IMG/VR virus record: IMGVR_UViG_3300005764_000019
Coordinates: 1 to 61,413 of that record
From: a virus
Taxonomy: Duplodnaviria > Caudoviricetes
DNA: 61,413 nt
Strand: one strand, 5' to 3'
Position 1 is the first letter of the stretch. Every line of letters starts with the position of its first letter. A model generated the notes under the pieces. It ran no database searches. It had not been told where the DNA came from and saw only the letters and a list, made by a program, of their open reading frames with translations. Below are positions 61,061-61,413 of the stretch, piece by piece. A program made the position numbers and the translations under genes.

Positions 61061-61413
61061 TGCCTGAGAATTGTCCAATACAGATTACACCCCTGGCGCA
61101 GTCGCAGCCGCAAGGTACGCCGACCGTCTTCAACCTCAACTATACGAACCAGGATTTTTGGTCGATGAAGTCGAGGCTGGTGGATTACATCCGCCAACAG
61201 TTCTCGACCCAATTCAACGATTTTGTCGAGTCGGACTTGGCGATTATGCTCATTGAGAATTGGGCCTTTATCGCGGACACCCTTTCCTTCAAGGGCGACC
61301 AGATCGCAAACGAAGTATACATCGACACGGTGACCGAGATCGAGAACGCCTTTCGCCTGGCCAAGCTCGTTGGCTTCTTCCCGCAGCCACCGATTTCCGC
61401 CCGCTCGATGTGG
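61060..61413 (+). CDS. gp6-like baseplate wedge protein (5' part, truncated by the window)
   Basis: Manual translation gives NYTNQDFWSMK...FNDFVESDLAIMLIE...NEVYIDT...LAKLVG. Confidence 0.85.
   Translation, partial: MPENCPIQITPLAQSQPQGTPTVFNLNYTNQDFWSMKSRLVDYIRQQFSTQFNDFVESDLAIMLIENWAFIADTLSFKGDQIANEVYIDTVTEIENAFRLAKLVGFFPQPPISARSMW

Noticed and set aside
1-61413. Alternative genetic code
   Set aside because: TAA, TAG and TGA all end well-packed genes, and long ORFs are intact in code 11; only one in-frame TGA was noticed.
55914-61413. Bacterial eCIS/T6SS locus
   Set aside because: The surrounding gp2-like gene, giant tape measure, late boxes and dense small ORFs indicate a phage genome.

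Overview
This window looks like part of a large T4-like (contractile-tailed, probably jumbo) phage genome. A Planctomycetota host is inferred from a ClpC N-domain and a TIGR03067-like lipoprotein, by recall and not by search. (1) 1-5.3 kb: an array of 12 small + strand ORFs. Nine copies of a 34-bp element (AAATCGWGAAC-N9-KTTCAGGKGCGG) punctuate it, and in most copies the variable part pairs into a hairpin. The array also holds long palindromes, motif-dense patches and a structured RNA ending in a tRNA-like fold with no anticodon loop. (2) 5.5-17.1 kb: seven tail-fibre/receptor-binding-like genes (five plus two paralogues), interrupted by a methyltransferase and a GT2-like gene. (3) 17.5-31.6 kb: a mostly minus-strand accessory block with fatty-acid hydroxylase, CX5R phosphatase, ClpP, His-phosphatase, a plant HPAT/SERGT-like glycosyltransferase, a stand-alone ClpC N-domain, YqeY, TrpF-like, HAD, PARG and RNA ligase genes. 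(4) 31.7-32.65 kb: a candidate ~900-nt structured ncRNA with a sigma70 promoter, rrn-like boxB/boxA and a terminator. (5) 32.7-43.9 kb: SF1 helicase, degenerate CCA/poly(A)-type nucleotidyltransferase, FkbM-like, PyrD and several proteins with a T4 internal-protein-like N-terminus behind TA(A/C/T)ATA late-promoter-like boxes. (6) 44-61.4 kb: a 3948-aa tape measure and baseplate genes. All calls come from motif reading by eye; no searches were run.
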